Virus record (IMG/VR): IMGVR_UViG_3300021958_000041
Location: 21,197 to 85,196 of that record
Direction: 5' to 3' (one strand)
Length of the DNA: 64,000 nt
Source: a virus
Taxonomy: Duplodnaviria > Caudoviricetes
Shown: one piece after another, positions 1-9,580 of the stretch
Position numbering within the stretch: the stretch's first letter is position 1
Layout of the letters: each line of letters begins with the position of its first letter
The notes under the pieces: generated by a model
What the model was told of the DNA's origin: nothing
Seen by the model: the letters and a program-made list of their open reading frames with translations, nothing else
Databases searched by the model: none
Program-made: the position numbers and the translations under genes

Positions 1-101
1 ACCGCGCGTTCCTAAGAGCATAAGAGTGAGAGCGAAGGAAATAATAGAAAACTACCCAAGTGGTTTCGATTTTGTCTTAATAGAGAAAGGGTTAAAAGAA
101 A

Positions 102-857
102 ATGGGTGATTACATAGTAGATGTGGTAAGTCCAAGCATGGGAAGAGCAGGAAAAACTATAGTTCAAGAACTAATAGCAAATGTTAAATTTGTTGTGCCC
201 GAAAAAGAGGTCGATGATTACAAAGAACATTTACCCAATAATGAAGTTTATGGATGCCCTGACTCTATAAAAGGCATAACAGCAACAAGGCAATGGATGC
301 TAGACAAGTGGGCTAATGTATTCATGGTCGATGATGATATATATCAAGTGCGCAGGCAATTTGCAGAATCACAAAAAGCAGACACAAATATTAAAGACCC
401 TCAATTTTCTTGGGAATTAATTCAGAACCTAGCAAGTATAACGAAGCAATGCGGAGGTTATCATTTTGGGTTCTCCAACGCAAGAGAGCCTGTGCAATAC
501 GAATCAGGAAAGCCTATTGTTCATACTAAGTACATTAATAATAGTTTCATGGGCTTCCTTGAGGGTCATGGATTAAAATACGATTTATCTTTTGATGAAG
601 CGGAAGATTATTATATTTGCTGTATGAATATATTTAAAAATAGATTTTCGGTTCTAGACCAAAGGTATGTATTTAAAACTAAACAAAATTTCACAAGCGA
701 TGGTGGTTGTGCATTGTACAGAACTCAAGAATCAATGATACGTAATACAGAAAGATTGAAAGCTTTGTTTGGTACTGATGTAGTTCACGACAAAGGTCAG
801 AGTAAGTTAAAAAAGAACGTAAACAAAGGTGAAAGAATATTAATATTTCCTTATTAG
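102..857 (+). CDS. GREB1-like / TET-associated glycosyltransferase (TAGT) family protein
   Basis: N-terminal SPSMGRA, TATRQWMLD, MVDDDI (DxD-type), later EDY..C and GGC..YR motifs; matches my recollection of phage TAGT GT-A proteins. Confidence 0.68.
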   Translation: MGDYIVDVVSPSMGRAGKTIVQELIANVKFVVPEKEVDDYKEHLPNNEVYGCPDSIKGITATRQWMLDKWANVFMVDDDIYQVRRQFAESQKADTNIKDPQFSWELIQNLASITKQCGGYHFGFSNAREPVQYESGKPIVHTKYINNSFMGFLEGHGLKYDLSFDEAEDYYICCMNIFKNRFSVLDQRYVFKTKQNFTSDGGCALYRTQESMIRNTERLKALFGTDVVHDKGQSKLKKNVNKGERILIFPY

Positions 858-858
858 A

Positions 859-1041
859 ATGAAAGCTAAAGATAATTTTGTTAAAATTAGTGAAGAGCTT
901 CGAAGATTAAAAAATGTAAAAAATAAAACTGAATCCGATGAATCATTAATTTTATTACTGAAATACAAAATGAAATTAATGAAACAAATTAAAAGTAAAG
1001 AGACAAAAATTGGAATACTTAAAAAAATATTCAAAATCTAA
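859..1041 (+). CDS. small basic hypothetical protein
   Basis: ATG 2 nt after upstream stop; 60 aa, Lys-rich. Confidence 0.45.
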   Translation: MKAKDNFVKISEELRRLKNVKNKTESDESLILLLKYKMKLMKQIKSKETKIGILKKIFKI

Positions 1042-1306
1042 ATTTCTTAAATCAAGTGATAAGTTGGGTAGTAGAATCTATTTTATACCTTTCAGAAAAA
1101 GCTTTAAATTATTTGGATTTAGATTGTTCTCGAAAATGCACCTAGTAGAAATCATGGCATATTCAGAATCTCACGCTGAAATTTTATTTGCTAAAAATAA
1201 CAAACAAAAACAAAAAAGGTTTTGGGAAATTGAATGTTTGCCACCCATAATTGATATTGAGTTTATCTCTTATATGGCCAACACTAACAAGTGTAACAAT
1301 ATTTAG
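1010..1306 (+). CDS. hypothetical protein
   Basis: 98-aa ORF filling the gap up to the portal start (2-nt spacing); start uncertain. Confidence 0.5.
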   Translation: MEYLKKYSKSKFLKSSDKLGSRIYFIPFRKSFKLFGFRLFSKMHLVEIMAYSESHAEILFAKNNKQKQKRFWEIECLPPIIDIEFISYMANTNKCNNI

Positions 1307-1308
1307 TC

Positions 1309-3111
1309 ATGGCATTCTTAGATTATATTCCTTTTTTAAAATCAAAAAATACAGGCATTCCTGCACCCGCTCCGCTGCCAAATTACAGCGAGAAAGAAAT
1401 GCGCTTCATTGAGAAGCTAACTAGTTTTCAACTACATGAGCTTGCTGATTATGATTCTTACTTAAAGGCTGCAACGGAAAAAGTGTGGGCTAGCTTTAAG
1501 GCTTGTGATATAACCTCTACAACAGTCTTGCAAACTCAATATGATGTTATTGGAAAAAATGGTAATGTTATAGAAAATAAGGAATTAGATAGTCTAATTG
1601 AAAACCCAAATCCTTACGACACTTTTGAGGAAATTTTATACTTAACAACATTTCACCTCAAAACTACAGGTAATGCATTTTGGTTAAAAGATGAAATGGA
1701 TAGTCTTGGAAGACCGAAATCTTTATATCCATTACTACCTCAACATATTAAGATTCGAGCGCATGAAAAAAGTAAAATTGCTGATTACGAATACAATATA
1801 AATGGAAAGAAAATAGTTTTTAAACCAGAAGAAATAATTCATTTCAAAAGACCACACGCAAATGATTCAATATTTGGTCTTGGAGACATTGGCGCAGCAG
1901 AGCCATTGTTTAATAAATTCATGAATAATGATTCATACTCGCAGTCATTTTTCAAAAATGGAGCATTCCCATCAGGAGTTCTTGTGCGAGAAGAGTACGA
2001 TGGAGATGAGGTTGATTTTCAAAGGTTTAAAAGAAAATGGGCTTCCGAATATACAGGTACAGGCTCACAAGGAAAAACAGCATGGCTCAATGGAAAATGG
2101 TCATATATCCAACTAGGATTATCAAATAAAGAGCTACAAACTATTGAGCAATCAGAACTAAATACGGAGCAAATTTTCCTAGCGCACGGAGTTCCATTAT
2201 CAGTTGCTGGAATAAAAGAAGCATCGAATTACGCAACTGCTCGTCAAGAATATATAAACTTCAGGAGACATACTGTCCTACCAATGGTGAAGCTAATATT
2301 CAGCAGAATAAACCACAATTCAGGTTTTATTAGAAATTTCAATAAAGATTGGACTTTAAGCTATAAACTTTCTGGGTTAATTGATGTAGAGCAAGCAGCT
2401 AAAGATTATGAGCTTTTAGTCAAATATGGCGCAATGACTTTAAACGAATATAGAGTTGCTTGCGGTATGGATGAATCTAATGATGAAAATCATGGCAGAT
2501 ACTATACTGAAAGCACAAGAGTACCACTTGAAATCGCAGGCGCTGAGTCAATATTAATGTCCGAGAGATTTAGACTGCCAAGCGACCAAGAACTTGATAA
2601 TGAGTTGCAAGATAACGAGATACAGCTACCTGATGACCCAGAGCTTAAAGAAGACAGGGAGGAAGAAGATAAAGGATTTGGAGGAGACCCAGACAGCGTA
2701 TACTTCGAGAATAAAAGCGTAGTAATAATAGACCCCACTAAAGAAATTTACAAAGGTTATGAGAAATCGGCTAAAAAGAATGCAAAACGAGCATTAGCTT
2801 ATAAGAAATCTGGATTCACTGGTGGCACGCTAAAAATGTGGGCTATATCAAGGAGAATTGCAGATGGTAAAGATTTGTCCTTGGAGCAAGTTAAATTAAT
2901 TGCATCTAAAGTTGGATTAATTAGGGAAAAAACAAAATCTTATGAAGATAGCAAATTTGCAGTTCATTTAGATGCTTTTGGTGGAACTTCAGGAATTAAA
3001 TGGGCTAAAAACTTAATTGATGAAATAACAAATAAATCTATAAATTGGAACAAGCTAAAAGAGAAGCAATACTACGAAGAAGTTCAAATAGATGATGATG
3101 AATTAGAATAA
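1309..3111 (+). CDS. HK97-family portal protein with C-terminal extension
   Basis: NPNPY, GNAFW, L.PL.P..I, IIHFKRP, FFKNGAFPSGVL, FGVP-like (HGVPLS) motifs; acidic linker then an extra ~90-aa domain. Confidence 0.93.
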   Translation: MAFLDYIPFLKSKNTGIPAPAPLPNYSEKEMRFIEKLTSFQLHELADYDSYLKAATEKVWASFKACDITSTTVLQTQYDVIGKNGNVIENKELDSLIENPNPYDTFEEILYLTTFHLKTTGNAFWLKDEMDSLGRPKSLYPLLPQHIKIRAHEKSKIADYEYNINGKKIVFKPEEIIHFKRPHANDSIFGLGDIGAAEPLFNKFMNNDSYSQSFFKNGAFPSGVLVREEYDGDEVDFQRFKRKWASEYTGTGSQGKTAWLNGKWSYIQLGLSNKELQTIEQSELNTEQIFLAHGVPLSVAGIKEASNYATARQEYINFRRHTVLPMVKLIFSRINHNSGFIRNFNKDWTLSYKLSGLIDVEQAAKDYELLVKYGAMTLNEYRVACGMDESNDENHGRYYTESTRVPLEIAGAESILMSERFRLPSDQELDNELQDNEIQLPDDPELKEDREEEDKGFGGDPDSVYFENKSVVIIDPTKEIYKGYEKSAKKNAKRALAYKKSGFTGGTLKMWAISRRIADGKDLSLEQVKLIASKVGLIREKTKSYEDSKFAVHLDAFGGTSGIKWAKNLIDEITNKSINWNKLKEKQYYEEVQIDDDELE

Positions 3112-3156
3112 GAAATTTATTTGACTTGTATTGTAAGTTATTGATTTTTTCAATAA

Positions 3157-3378
3157 ATGAGGAGTCATTCGCAACTCCCCGAATCTATTAGAAAAAAAAA
3201 TAACAATAAAAACGAGTCATTCGAAGATTTAAAAAAATTAATAGATGAAGGGTATGAGAGATTTTGGGCAGCCCCGCACAGGCGAGGTTTGAGACCAGAC
3301 AAATTTAATTTTGGATATATTGATTTTTCTAATCCAAAAGAAATAACAGAAGATGAATTCCCTGATGACTTGACTTGA
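3157..3378 (+). CDS. hypothetical protein inserted between portal and protease
   Basis: 73-aa ORF with A-rich leader, occupies the intergenic gap. Confidence 0.5.
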   Translation: MRSHSQLPESIRKKNNNKNESFEDLKKLIDEGYERFWAAPHRRGLRPDKFNFGYIDFSNPKEITEDEFPDDLT

Positions 3379-3418
3379 CTTAAATTGTGATATTAGAAAA
3401 TAATAAAAAGTTACTGCT

Positions 3419-5389
3419 ATGAGTATAAAAATTTCAAAAACTATAAATGTTAAGTTTGATAAGCAAAATCCAGACTTAAGGCACTCTAAATTTACTACTC
3501 CATCAATTGGTTGGGTTGACGGAATAAGAAAAAAGTTTCCCGAAATATGGGAATCTGGAGAAAGTTCTATTTCTGATGATGCTTTTTATTCATGGGTGGA
3601 ATACTCAAAAGGCATTAGAAGCGAAGCCACAGATAAATGGCTCATCAGGAGAGAGCGCTGGGCTGAGTTACATAAAAGTGATGGATTGTCATTAATTGCA
3701 TCAGAAACTTCCCCTACATTAGCAAAGCAAGTAGTTAACATGCTAAAGTGGGGTGTAGTCGGAGAAATCGGTCTAGACAACATGATAGACGTCATTAGTG
3801 ATATAATTGACGGAAAGGTGGAAAGTAAATCATTCTTTCTTGAAAAAACTTATGGAGAGTATCCAGATACAGCGGTCGAAAATGCGAAAAAAGCTTTAGT
3901 TTGGAAAGGTGAGCATTCAGAAAGAAACAAAGAATCTATTTGGGCAATAGCTGAAAAATTTGCATCTGGCGAAAAATTTAATTCTCATGAATTAAGGACT
4001 ATTGCTAAATTTGAATCACAAAAAGAACACGCAGGCAAAAAATACAAATCAATTGAACCTGTATTATATGATGCGGTAGGTGGAACCAATGGAATTATTT
4101 GGGCTAAAAGATTAGTCCAAGAAATTGATTCTTCTAAAAAAAAAGTTTATAAGCAAAGGTCTGAAAGCTTAAAGTCTTCAATTGAGCAGACTAAGCATGT
4201 ACGGAATGTCGAAGAGACCGAAGACTCTTATATAATTGAATTTGGTAAATCAGATGAAATAGACGCTAAGGATGAAGATGATTACATTGAAGCTGAAAAA
4301 ATAGATTCTGTACCATCTTATATCAAGAGAAACGCAAAGAGAGGATTAAGCTTACTTAAATTTGCAGGTGGTGGACTAACTGACGGAACTAAGAGCGAAG
4401 CTAGAGATATGGCTAGAGGTTTTATTTCTGATGGAAAAGTAAAAAGAATGAATGCATGGTTTCTCAGGCACGCAGATGATTTAAATTCTGCTGACGCTAG
4501 TGCTTATCTTAGGGGAGAAAAAGAAAACCCGACCGCTGGTCAAGTAGCTTGGTTGCTGTGGGGTGGTGATTTGTCAGCAAGTTCAAGAATGAGAGCGCAG
4601 AAGTGGGCAAAAAGTCAGGTTTCTAAATTAGAAAGAGAAACTGAATCGGAAAGTAGTTACCACAAAGAAGATGAAGAAAAGCGTTCTGTAATATCTTTCG
4701 ACCTCAAAGGCAAAAAAACTTTTGGCATACAAGTTGATTCAGATGAGGTTGAGTTATTATATGAAAGTGAATCTGGAGAGTTTTATAAAACAGGAGCAAA
4801 AATAAATATTCCTGAAGAAGAAGTATTACAGGAAGAAATTGATTGCCCAACAAAATACGTCAGAAACTGGAACGCTCAAGCACCTATCGGAGACACCAAA
4901 TCTTTTAAAGAAGTCACAAATGAAAATGGTTCAGTAGTTGATTATCTAGATGTTACTTTTAAGGGGTATGCATCTACTAATGAAAAAACAACTAAAGAAG
5001 ATAGAATTGGAGATTATTTAAAAAAAGGAGCTTTTAAGAAAACAATAAATAATTTCATGCGCAATCCAGTTATGCTAATTGACCATCAAAATAGCGTAAA
5101 AGAAATTGCAGGCACATACACCAAGATGTATGAAGATAAAAATGGATTGTATGTTGAGGGTAAAATATCAAATTCCCCAGACCTCAAGAATGTAAGGTTT
5201 CTTGTAGCTGAAGGACATCTCAAGTCAATGAGTATTGGCGGAATGTTTCTTTACGGAGAAGACGGAAAAGCCATTGAAGAAGTAAATTTATACGAGATTT
5301 CACTTGTTGCAATACCTATGAATCCAGATGCGCTATTCTCCGTCAGGGGAGTGGACGAGGAATTGTTTTTGAAAAAATTACAAAAATAG
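3419..5389 (+). CDS. HK97-type prohead maturation protease fused to a long N-terminal multi-domain region
   Basis: C-terminal ~170 aa: GYAST, GAFKKTI, MLIDH, GLYVEG, MSIGG, EISLVAIPMNPDA; lies between portal and capsid. Confidence 0.9.
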   Translation: MSIKISKTINVKFDKQNPDLRHSKFTTPSIGWVDGIRKKFPEIWESGESSISDDAFYSWVEYSKGIRSEATDKWLIRRERWAELHKSDGLSLIASETSPTLAKQVVNMLKWGVVGEIGLDNMIDVISDIIDGKVESKSFFLEKTYGEYPDTAVENAKKALVWKGEHSERNKESIWAIAEKFASGEKFNSHELRTIAKFESQKEHAGKKYKSIEPVLYDAVGGTNGIIWAKRLVQEIDSSKKKVYKQRSESLKSSIEQTKHVRNVEETEDSYIIEFGKSDEIDAKDEDDYIEAEKIDSVPSYIKRNAKRGLSLLKFAGGGLTDGTKSEARDMARGFISDGKVKRMNAWFLRHADDLNSADASAYLRGEKENPTAGQVAWLLWGGDLSASSRMRAQKWAKSQVSKLERETESESSYHKEDEEKRSVISFDLKGKKTFGIQVDSDEVELLYESESGEFYKTGAKINIPEEEVLQEEIDCPTKYVRNWNAQAPIGDTKSFKEVTNENGSVVDYLDVTFKGYASTNEKTTKEDRIGDYLKKGAFKKTINNFMRNPVMLIDHQNSVKEIAGTYTKMYEDKNGLYVEGKISNSPDLKNVRFLVAEGHLKSMSIGGMFLYGEDGKAIEEVNLYEISLVAIPMNPDALFSVRGVDEELFLKKLQK

Positions 5390-5470
5390 TTGACGCGCAT
5401 TGTTAAAACACAAGATATTTGCAAATAGATTTTCACTAATAGTTATATAAACAATCAAATACTGAAAAAT

Positions 5471-7135
5471 ATGAACGAGAAACAGAAGCAACGATTCTGG
5501 GAACTCAAGGGCAAAAAGTCCCTTACTGCTTCACAGCGTGAAGAGTTGGTTCAACTTGAGGAAAAAGCCCTTAAAAGCGGTTTAGACCTTGAGAACCTTG
5601 AACCTGTCTCTTCTGATTCCCAACTAACTGAAAATGAACTAGCAGAGATTGTCAAGTCTGCCGTAGAAGACCAAGTATTTGGTTTGCGCGAAGAAATACT
5701 TGATGAAGTCAAAAAAGCTGGTAATACTGAAGAAGTAGAAGAAATTGTAAAAAAGTACGCTACCGAAATCGACCAAGAAGAATTAATTGAAAAACTTGGC
5801 GAAAAGTTCGCTGGCAACCAAGTTAGTCAAGAAGGTCTTGTTGATGCTTTCAAGAGCGCTATTTCAGAATTTAAAACGGAGTCCAAAATGACGCACGAAG
5901 AAAAATCCTTAGACAGCACTCCATTAATTGAAATGCCATATGGTGATTCAGTTGAGACATTGACTGTTGCACAAAAACAACTTCACAACTTGCTTTGCCG
6001 TAAGCATGTGAATCAAGATATTCCTGAGTCATCACTTAAGAGTGCTGAAGCAAGAGGTCGTCAACGCATGTCTAGGCTTGAGAGCAAAGCTCTTGAAACT
6101 CAAGGTGGTCCAACTGGTACTGTTGGTACTACTGCTGGTCTTGAGTTGTCACGTGTTAATGTTGACCTTTCTAGCCAACTGCAAGAGCGCTTGTATGCAG
6201 AATCTGCTGTAGCAAATCGCTTGATTGGTTCCGAAATCAACATGCCAACAAATCCATTTAAGCTTCCAGTCGTGACTTCACGTCCTGAGTTCAAGCTTCA
6301 AAAGGAAGCAACTGCTGGTGGATATACTAACCCAGCAGATACAGGCACGCAGAATGTAGGTACTGCAAATGTAACTCTTGATACTTTCAAGCTTGTTGGA
6401 GTTTCTGAGTATTCATACGAAGTTGATGAGGATAGCGTTCTTGCAATCCTTCCTATCATCACTAATCAGCTTGCATCTGGCGCAGCAGCTTCTTTTGAGG
6501 AAGCAATTATCAATGGTGATACGTCTGTAACACACATGGATACAGCAATTGCAAACGCTGCTGGCGCACTAGTTGGACCTCCAGTTGTTCCTGCTGTTAA
6601 TAATGCAAATATTGCACAACGTGCGGTAGACGGCATGGTTCACTATGCTCTGGTTACTAACACTGCACAAGATGTTGCTGTTGGTGGCGTATTATCCGCT
6701 GCAGCAATTGGTACACTTAGGTCTGCACTTGGGCCTTATGGATTAAATCCAAGAGACCTTGCACTAATTGTCAGCATTGAGGATTACAATACTTTGTTAA
6801 TTCAAGATGAAGTAATGCATAGTGAGAAGTATGGCGCTCAAGGAACTATCCAGAATGGCGTTCTTCCACAAATCTTCGGAATTGATATTGTTCCATCTGC
6901 GGCAATGAGAACTACTTGTGATGCAACTGGTGTTGATACTGGTGCTGGAGGTAAGTCTCGTTGCTCATTAATTCATGTTCCATCATGGGTTGTTGGAGTA
7001 CGTCGTGAGTTTACCGTTGAGGTAGACCAAGACAAAATCGCTCAAGTTAATCAAGTTATTGCTTCCTTCCGCAGGGACTTCAAGCCAATTGGCTCGAATT
7101 TCCCACACACTGTGTTAGGAACTAACATCGGTTAA
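5471..7135 (+). CDS. major capsid protein (HK97 fold) with N-terminal coiled-coil scaffold/delta domain
   Basis: Acidic helical N-terminal ~200 aa, then S.E..EDS, EEAIINGD, IFGIDIVPS, R.DFK motifs; followed by a terminator. Confidence 0.92.
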   Translation: MNEKQKQRFWELKGKKSLTASQREELVQLEEKALKSGLDLENLEPVSSDSQLTENELAEIVKSAVEDQVFGLREEILDEVKKAGNTEEVEEIVKKYATEIDQEELIEKLGEKFAGNQVSQEGLVDAFKSAISEFKTESKMTHEEKSLDSTPLIEMPYGDSVETLTVAQKQLHNLLCRKHVNQDIPESSLKSAEARGRQRMSRLESKALETQGGPTGTVGTTAGLELSRVNVDLSSQLQERLYAESAVANRLIGSEINMPTNPFKLPVVTSRPEFKLQKEATAGGYTNPADTGTQNVGTANVTLDTFKLVGVSEYSYEVDEDSVLAILPIITNQLASGAAASFEEAIINGDTSVTHMDTAIANAAGALVGPPVVPAVNNANIAQRAVDGMVHYALVTNTAQDVAVGGVLSAAAIGTLRSALGPYGLNPRDLALIVSIEDYNTLLIQDEVMHSEKYGAQGTIQNGVLPQIFGIDIVPSAAMRTTCDATGVDTGAGGKSRCSLIHVPSWVVGVRREFTVEVDQDKIAQVNQVIASFRRDFKPIGSNFPHTVLGTNIG

Positions 7136-7159
7136 TAAGACTGATATTCCTTTAAAAAT

Positions 7160-7196
7160 GAGCGCGGTCTTGACAAAACAGACCGCGCTCTTTTTA
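7160..7196 (+). terminator. rho-independent terminator after capsid gene
   Basis: Perfect 11-bp stem GAGCGCGGTCT / AGACCGCGCTC, 9-nt loop, then TTTTT. Confidence 0.88.
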
Positions 7197-7207
7197 TTTA
7201 TAAAATA

Positions 7208-7708
7208 ATGAGATTAGTAAAAAATACAGAATTAAATAATAATGAATTAATTGAGTACAAAGAGTATGACATATTATTAAACTGGAAAAATAGGCATAAA
7301 GTATTAATTCAATATTGTGATTTACCAACGCCTGCCGTAAGGAAAGACACAGTTTGGTATAATAGAATTTTCGAATTAGATTGGAATAATCCAATTATAT
7401 TAAATTCGCTAGTATCGTTCCCAAGAAGAGTTAGGGATAAAGTAGTTAGAGAACTATTGCATCAATCAGGAATCAAAGATGATGGTAGCTGGAGAATCAA
7501 GAAGAAAAATAACTTAGTTGCATATATATTTGAACTAGCATACAATTTAGGCTTAATGAATGGCATGCCAATTAAACAGGCAAGAAAAACTAAAAATGTT
7601 ATCAACGATGAAGATTCCAAAAAAAATAAACAAAGTATCAGCAAGAAGGTTAGTAAAGGAGAGCGACCTAGGGCCAGAAAAAAAGAAAAACCTATTGCAT
7701 CTGATTAA
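7208..7708 (+). CDS. hypothetical protein (basic C-terminus)
   Basis: 166-aa ORF directly after capsid terminator. Confidence 0.6.
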   Translation: MRLVKNTELNNNELIEYKEYDILLNWKNRHKVLIQYCDLPTPAVRKDTVWYNRIFELDWNNPIILNSLVSFPRRVRDKVVRELLHQSGIKDDGSWRIKKKNNLVAYIFELAYNLGLMNGMPIKQARKTKNVINDEDSKKNKQSISKKVSKGERPRARKKEKPIASD

Positions 7709-7849
7709 TAACTTTAAAGGTGGAGATACCGCCAATGTATCCGATGTTTTGAGTTCACATTTTCAAGCAAATAAAAATAGAGAAAATAGTGAGTCATTCA
7801 AGCAGAAGAAAATGCTTGATACTCAAAAAATGGACAAAGCTTAATTTGT

Positions 7850-8476
7850 ATGGCTGTATACAATCCATATTGTACTACGGAAGATGTACAGCTACATATA
7901 AAAAATAACGACATTGCACCTTCCTTAGTAGAAAATTCTATATCTGAAGCATCTAGATATGTGGAGGAATACACAGGAAGATTTTTCCATAAGTATGATT
8001 ACACTACAGATGGCTATCAGGTTCCAGCTCTTGATTTTATAGAAGGTAAGCATATATATTTACCTTTTCCCGTAATAAGCGTCACTGAGCTATTCATTGA
8101 TGGAAATTTAATAACCTCCGATGTATATGATTTCCCACAGAAGCCAGTAAAATACAATCACAGAAGTGTAATAGAAATCACAGTAGAAAAAACCTCAGAT
8201 TTCTTGGGACAGGTTTCGCAAATCAAAACATCAAATGCGTTAGTAAAAGGAATTTTTGGATTTACTGCGACTTCATCCGTAGACATTCCAGACGATATAC
8301 AATTTCCCTCAGGCATAAGAAGAGCCACTACTTTAATTGCAAGTACATTTACGGAAAACAATAGGAAAGAGCAAGTCACACTAGATGGCTCTAGAACTAG
8401 CCTAGCTACTTTTACGATACCCGATGAGGCGCATAGTATACTAAATATGCACAAACGAAATGTAGTAGTCTGCTGA
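7850..8476 (+). CDS. head-tail adaptor/connector protein
   Basis: YCTTEDV, EASRYVEEYTGRFF, G.FGF, P..IRRAT pattern typical of gp15/gp6-like adaptors; position after capsid. Confidence 0.75.
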   Translation: MAVYNPYCTTEDVQLHIKNNDIAPSLVENSISEASRYVEEYTGRFFHKYDYTTDGYQVPALDFIEGKHIYLPFPVISVTELFIDGNLITSDVYDFPQKPVKYNHRSVIEITVEKTSDFLGQVSQIKTSNALVKGIFGFTATSSVDIPDDIQFPSGIRRATTLIASTFTENNRKEQVTLDGSRTSLATFTIPDEAHSILNMHKRNVVVC

Positions 8477-8985
8477 TGGCCTTAACAATAATCAGTCCAG
8501 GCAGTGCAAGGACAGAGAAACAGTTCCTTAGAGCATCAACAAAAGCTACAACTAGAAAAATTGGTTATGCTACAAAGCTAGCCATGAATGCCGCCAAGAA
8601 AGATATTAAGCAAAAAACCAAAAAAAGATACACTGGAAGCTTAAGAGAATCTTATGATGTTCAAAGAGTTGGCGAAGCTGAATATGCACTTCGGGTAGTA
8701 GGTTCAGAAAATTTAATAAAATGGATTGTTCACGAAGAAGGAAGAGGTCCAGTCAATGGAACAAAGGAAAGAAGATTGTATATACCGCTAAGAAAAAAAG
8801 GTTATGATGCGTATGTACGTGGTAGTTTCGAGGGATTGAAGTGGGGTAAAGATTATGTTTTTGCAATGAAAGCAAAATCAGTAAAAGGTCATAGGCTTCT
8901 ATATAATGCCACAAATGTTGCGAAAGCTAGATTTAAAGCAAGATTTGAACTTCTTTTTGGAACTAAAAGGTTTTTAAGGGGATAA
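8476..8985 (+). CDS. neck / tail-completion protein (HK97 gp10-like)
   Basis: Basic; TGSLRESY, VHEEGRG motifs; syntenic position. Confidence 0.55.
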   Translation: MALTIISPGSARTEKQFLRASTKATTRKIGYATKLAMNAAKKDIKQKTKKRYTGSLRESYDVQRVGEAEYALRVVGSENLIKWIVHEEGRGPVNGTKERRLYIPLRKKGYDAYVRGSFEGLKWGKDYVFAMKAKSVKGHRLLYNATNVAKARFKARFELLFGTKRFLRG

Positions 8986-8986
8986 T

Positions 8987-9508
8987 ATGCCTATTCCACA
9001 TATATCAGACCCGCTTAGGGAAATAATAAGCCGAATAAAAAGAGAAACGGGAGCTAGTGGCAAACTCTACCCGTGTACTTTTAGTAGAGTCCCATTCAAA
9101 AGAGTTGAAGGCGACCAGCAGCTACCAAACATTACTTTGCAGAATTTTTCCGATGAGGATGAGCCATTCATGGCAGGAAGCAAGCAGAACACAGCATTGT
9201 CGGCAAATGTAGTTAAAACAACACAAACTCTTACTTTTTTGCTTTGTTTTAATATGGATAATGGAATTTATTCTGAAGACGGTGATTCGCAGTTAGGTCT
9301 GATGGATTGGGTCGCTAGATTTAAGGATACGATAGAAATAAATGATGAAGGCTGTCAGGACTTAACTTTGAATGGAACTTGCTTGGAACCGCTTTATACA
9401 TCCTTACAAAATACAGAACTAGAAGAATTAAGTTGGGTTCTAGAATTTATAGTAACACTTTATCCTAAACCATTAGCTCGCGGCAGTAGAAGCTTGCCAA
9501 GCAGTTAG
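8987..9508 (+). CDS. putative tail terminator protein
   Basis: Size, acidity and position just before tail tube genes. Confidence 0.5.
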   Translation: MPIPHISDPLREIISRIKRETGASGKLYPCTFSRVPFKRVEGDQQLPNITLQNFSDEDEPFMAGSKQNTALSANVVKTTQTLTFLLCFNMDNGIYSEDGDSQLGLMDWVARFKDTIEINDEGCQDLTLNGTCLEPLYTSLQNTELEELSWVLEFIVTLYPKPLARGSRSLPSS

Positions 9509-9580
9509 TAAAATTTTCTAATAAGAGTTGACACAAATAGTGCAGACAAGAGAACATTAACAAGTAACAATTGAAAAATC

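Noticed and set aside
1190-1235. NNKQKQKRFWEI in ORF 1010..1306 resembles the capsid N-terminus MNEKQKQRFWEL
   Set aside because: About 10 residues of Lys/Gln-rich sequence with little DNA identity; not distinguishable from chance
7560-7844. Overlapping ORF as a frameshift extension of 7208..7708 via the A-run near 7678-7691
   Set aside because: It is in the +1 frame, not the -1 frame such a run would favour; a short gene in 7696-7844 remains possible but unsupported
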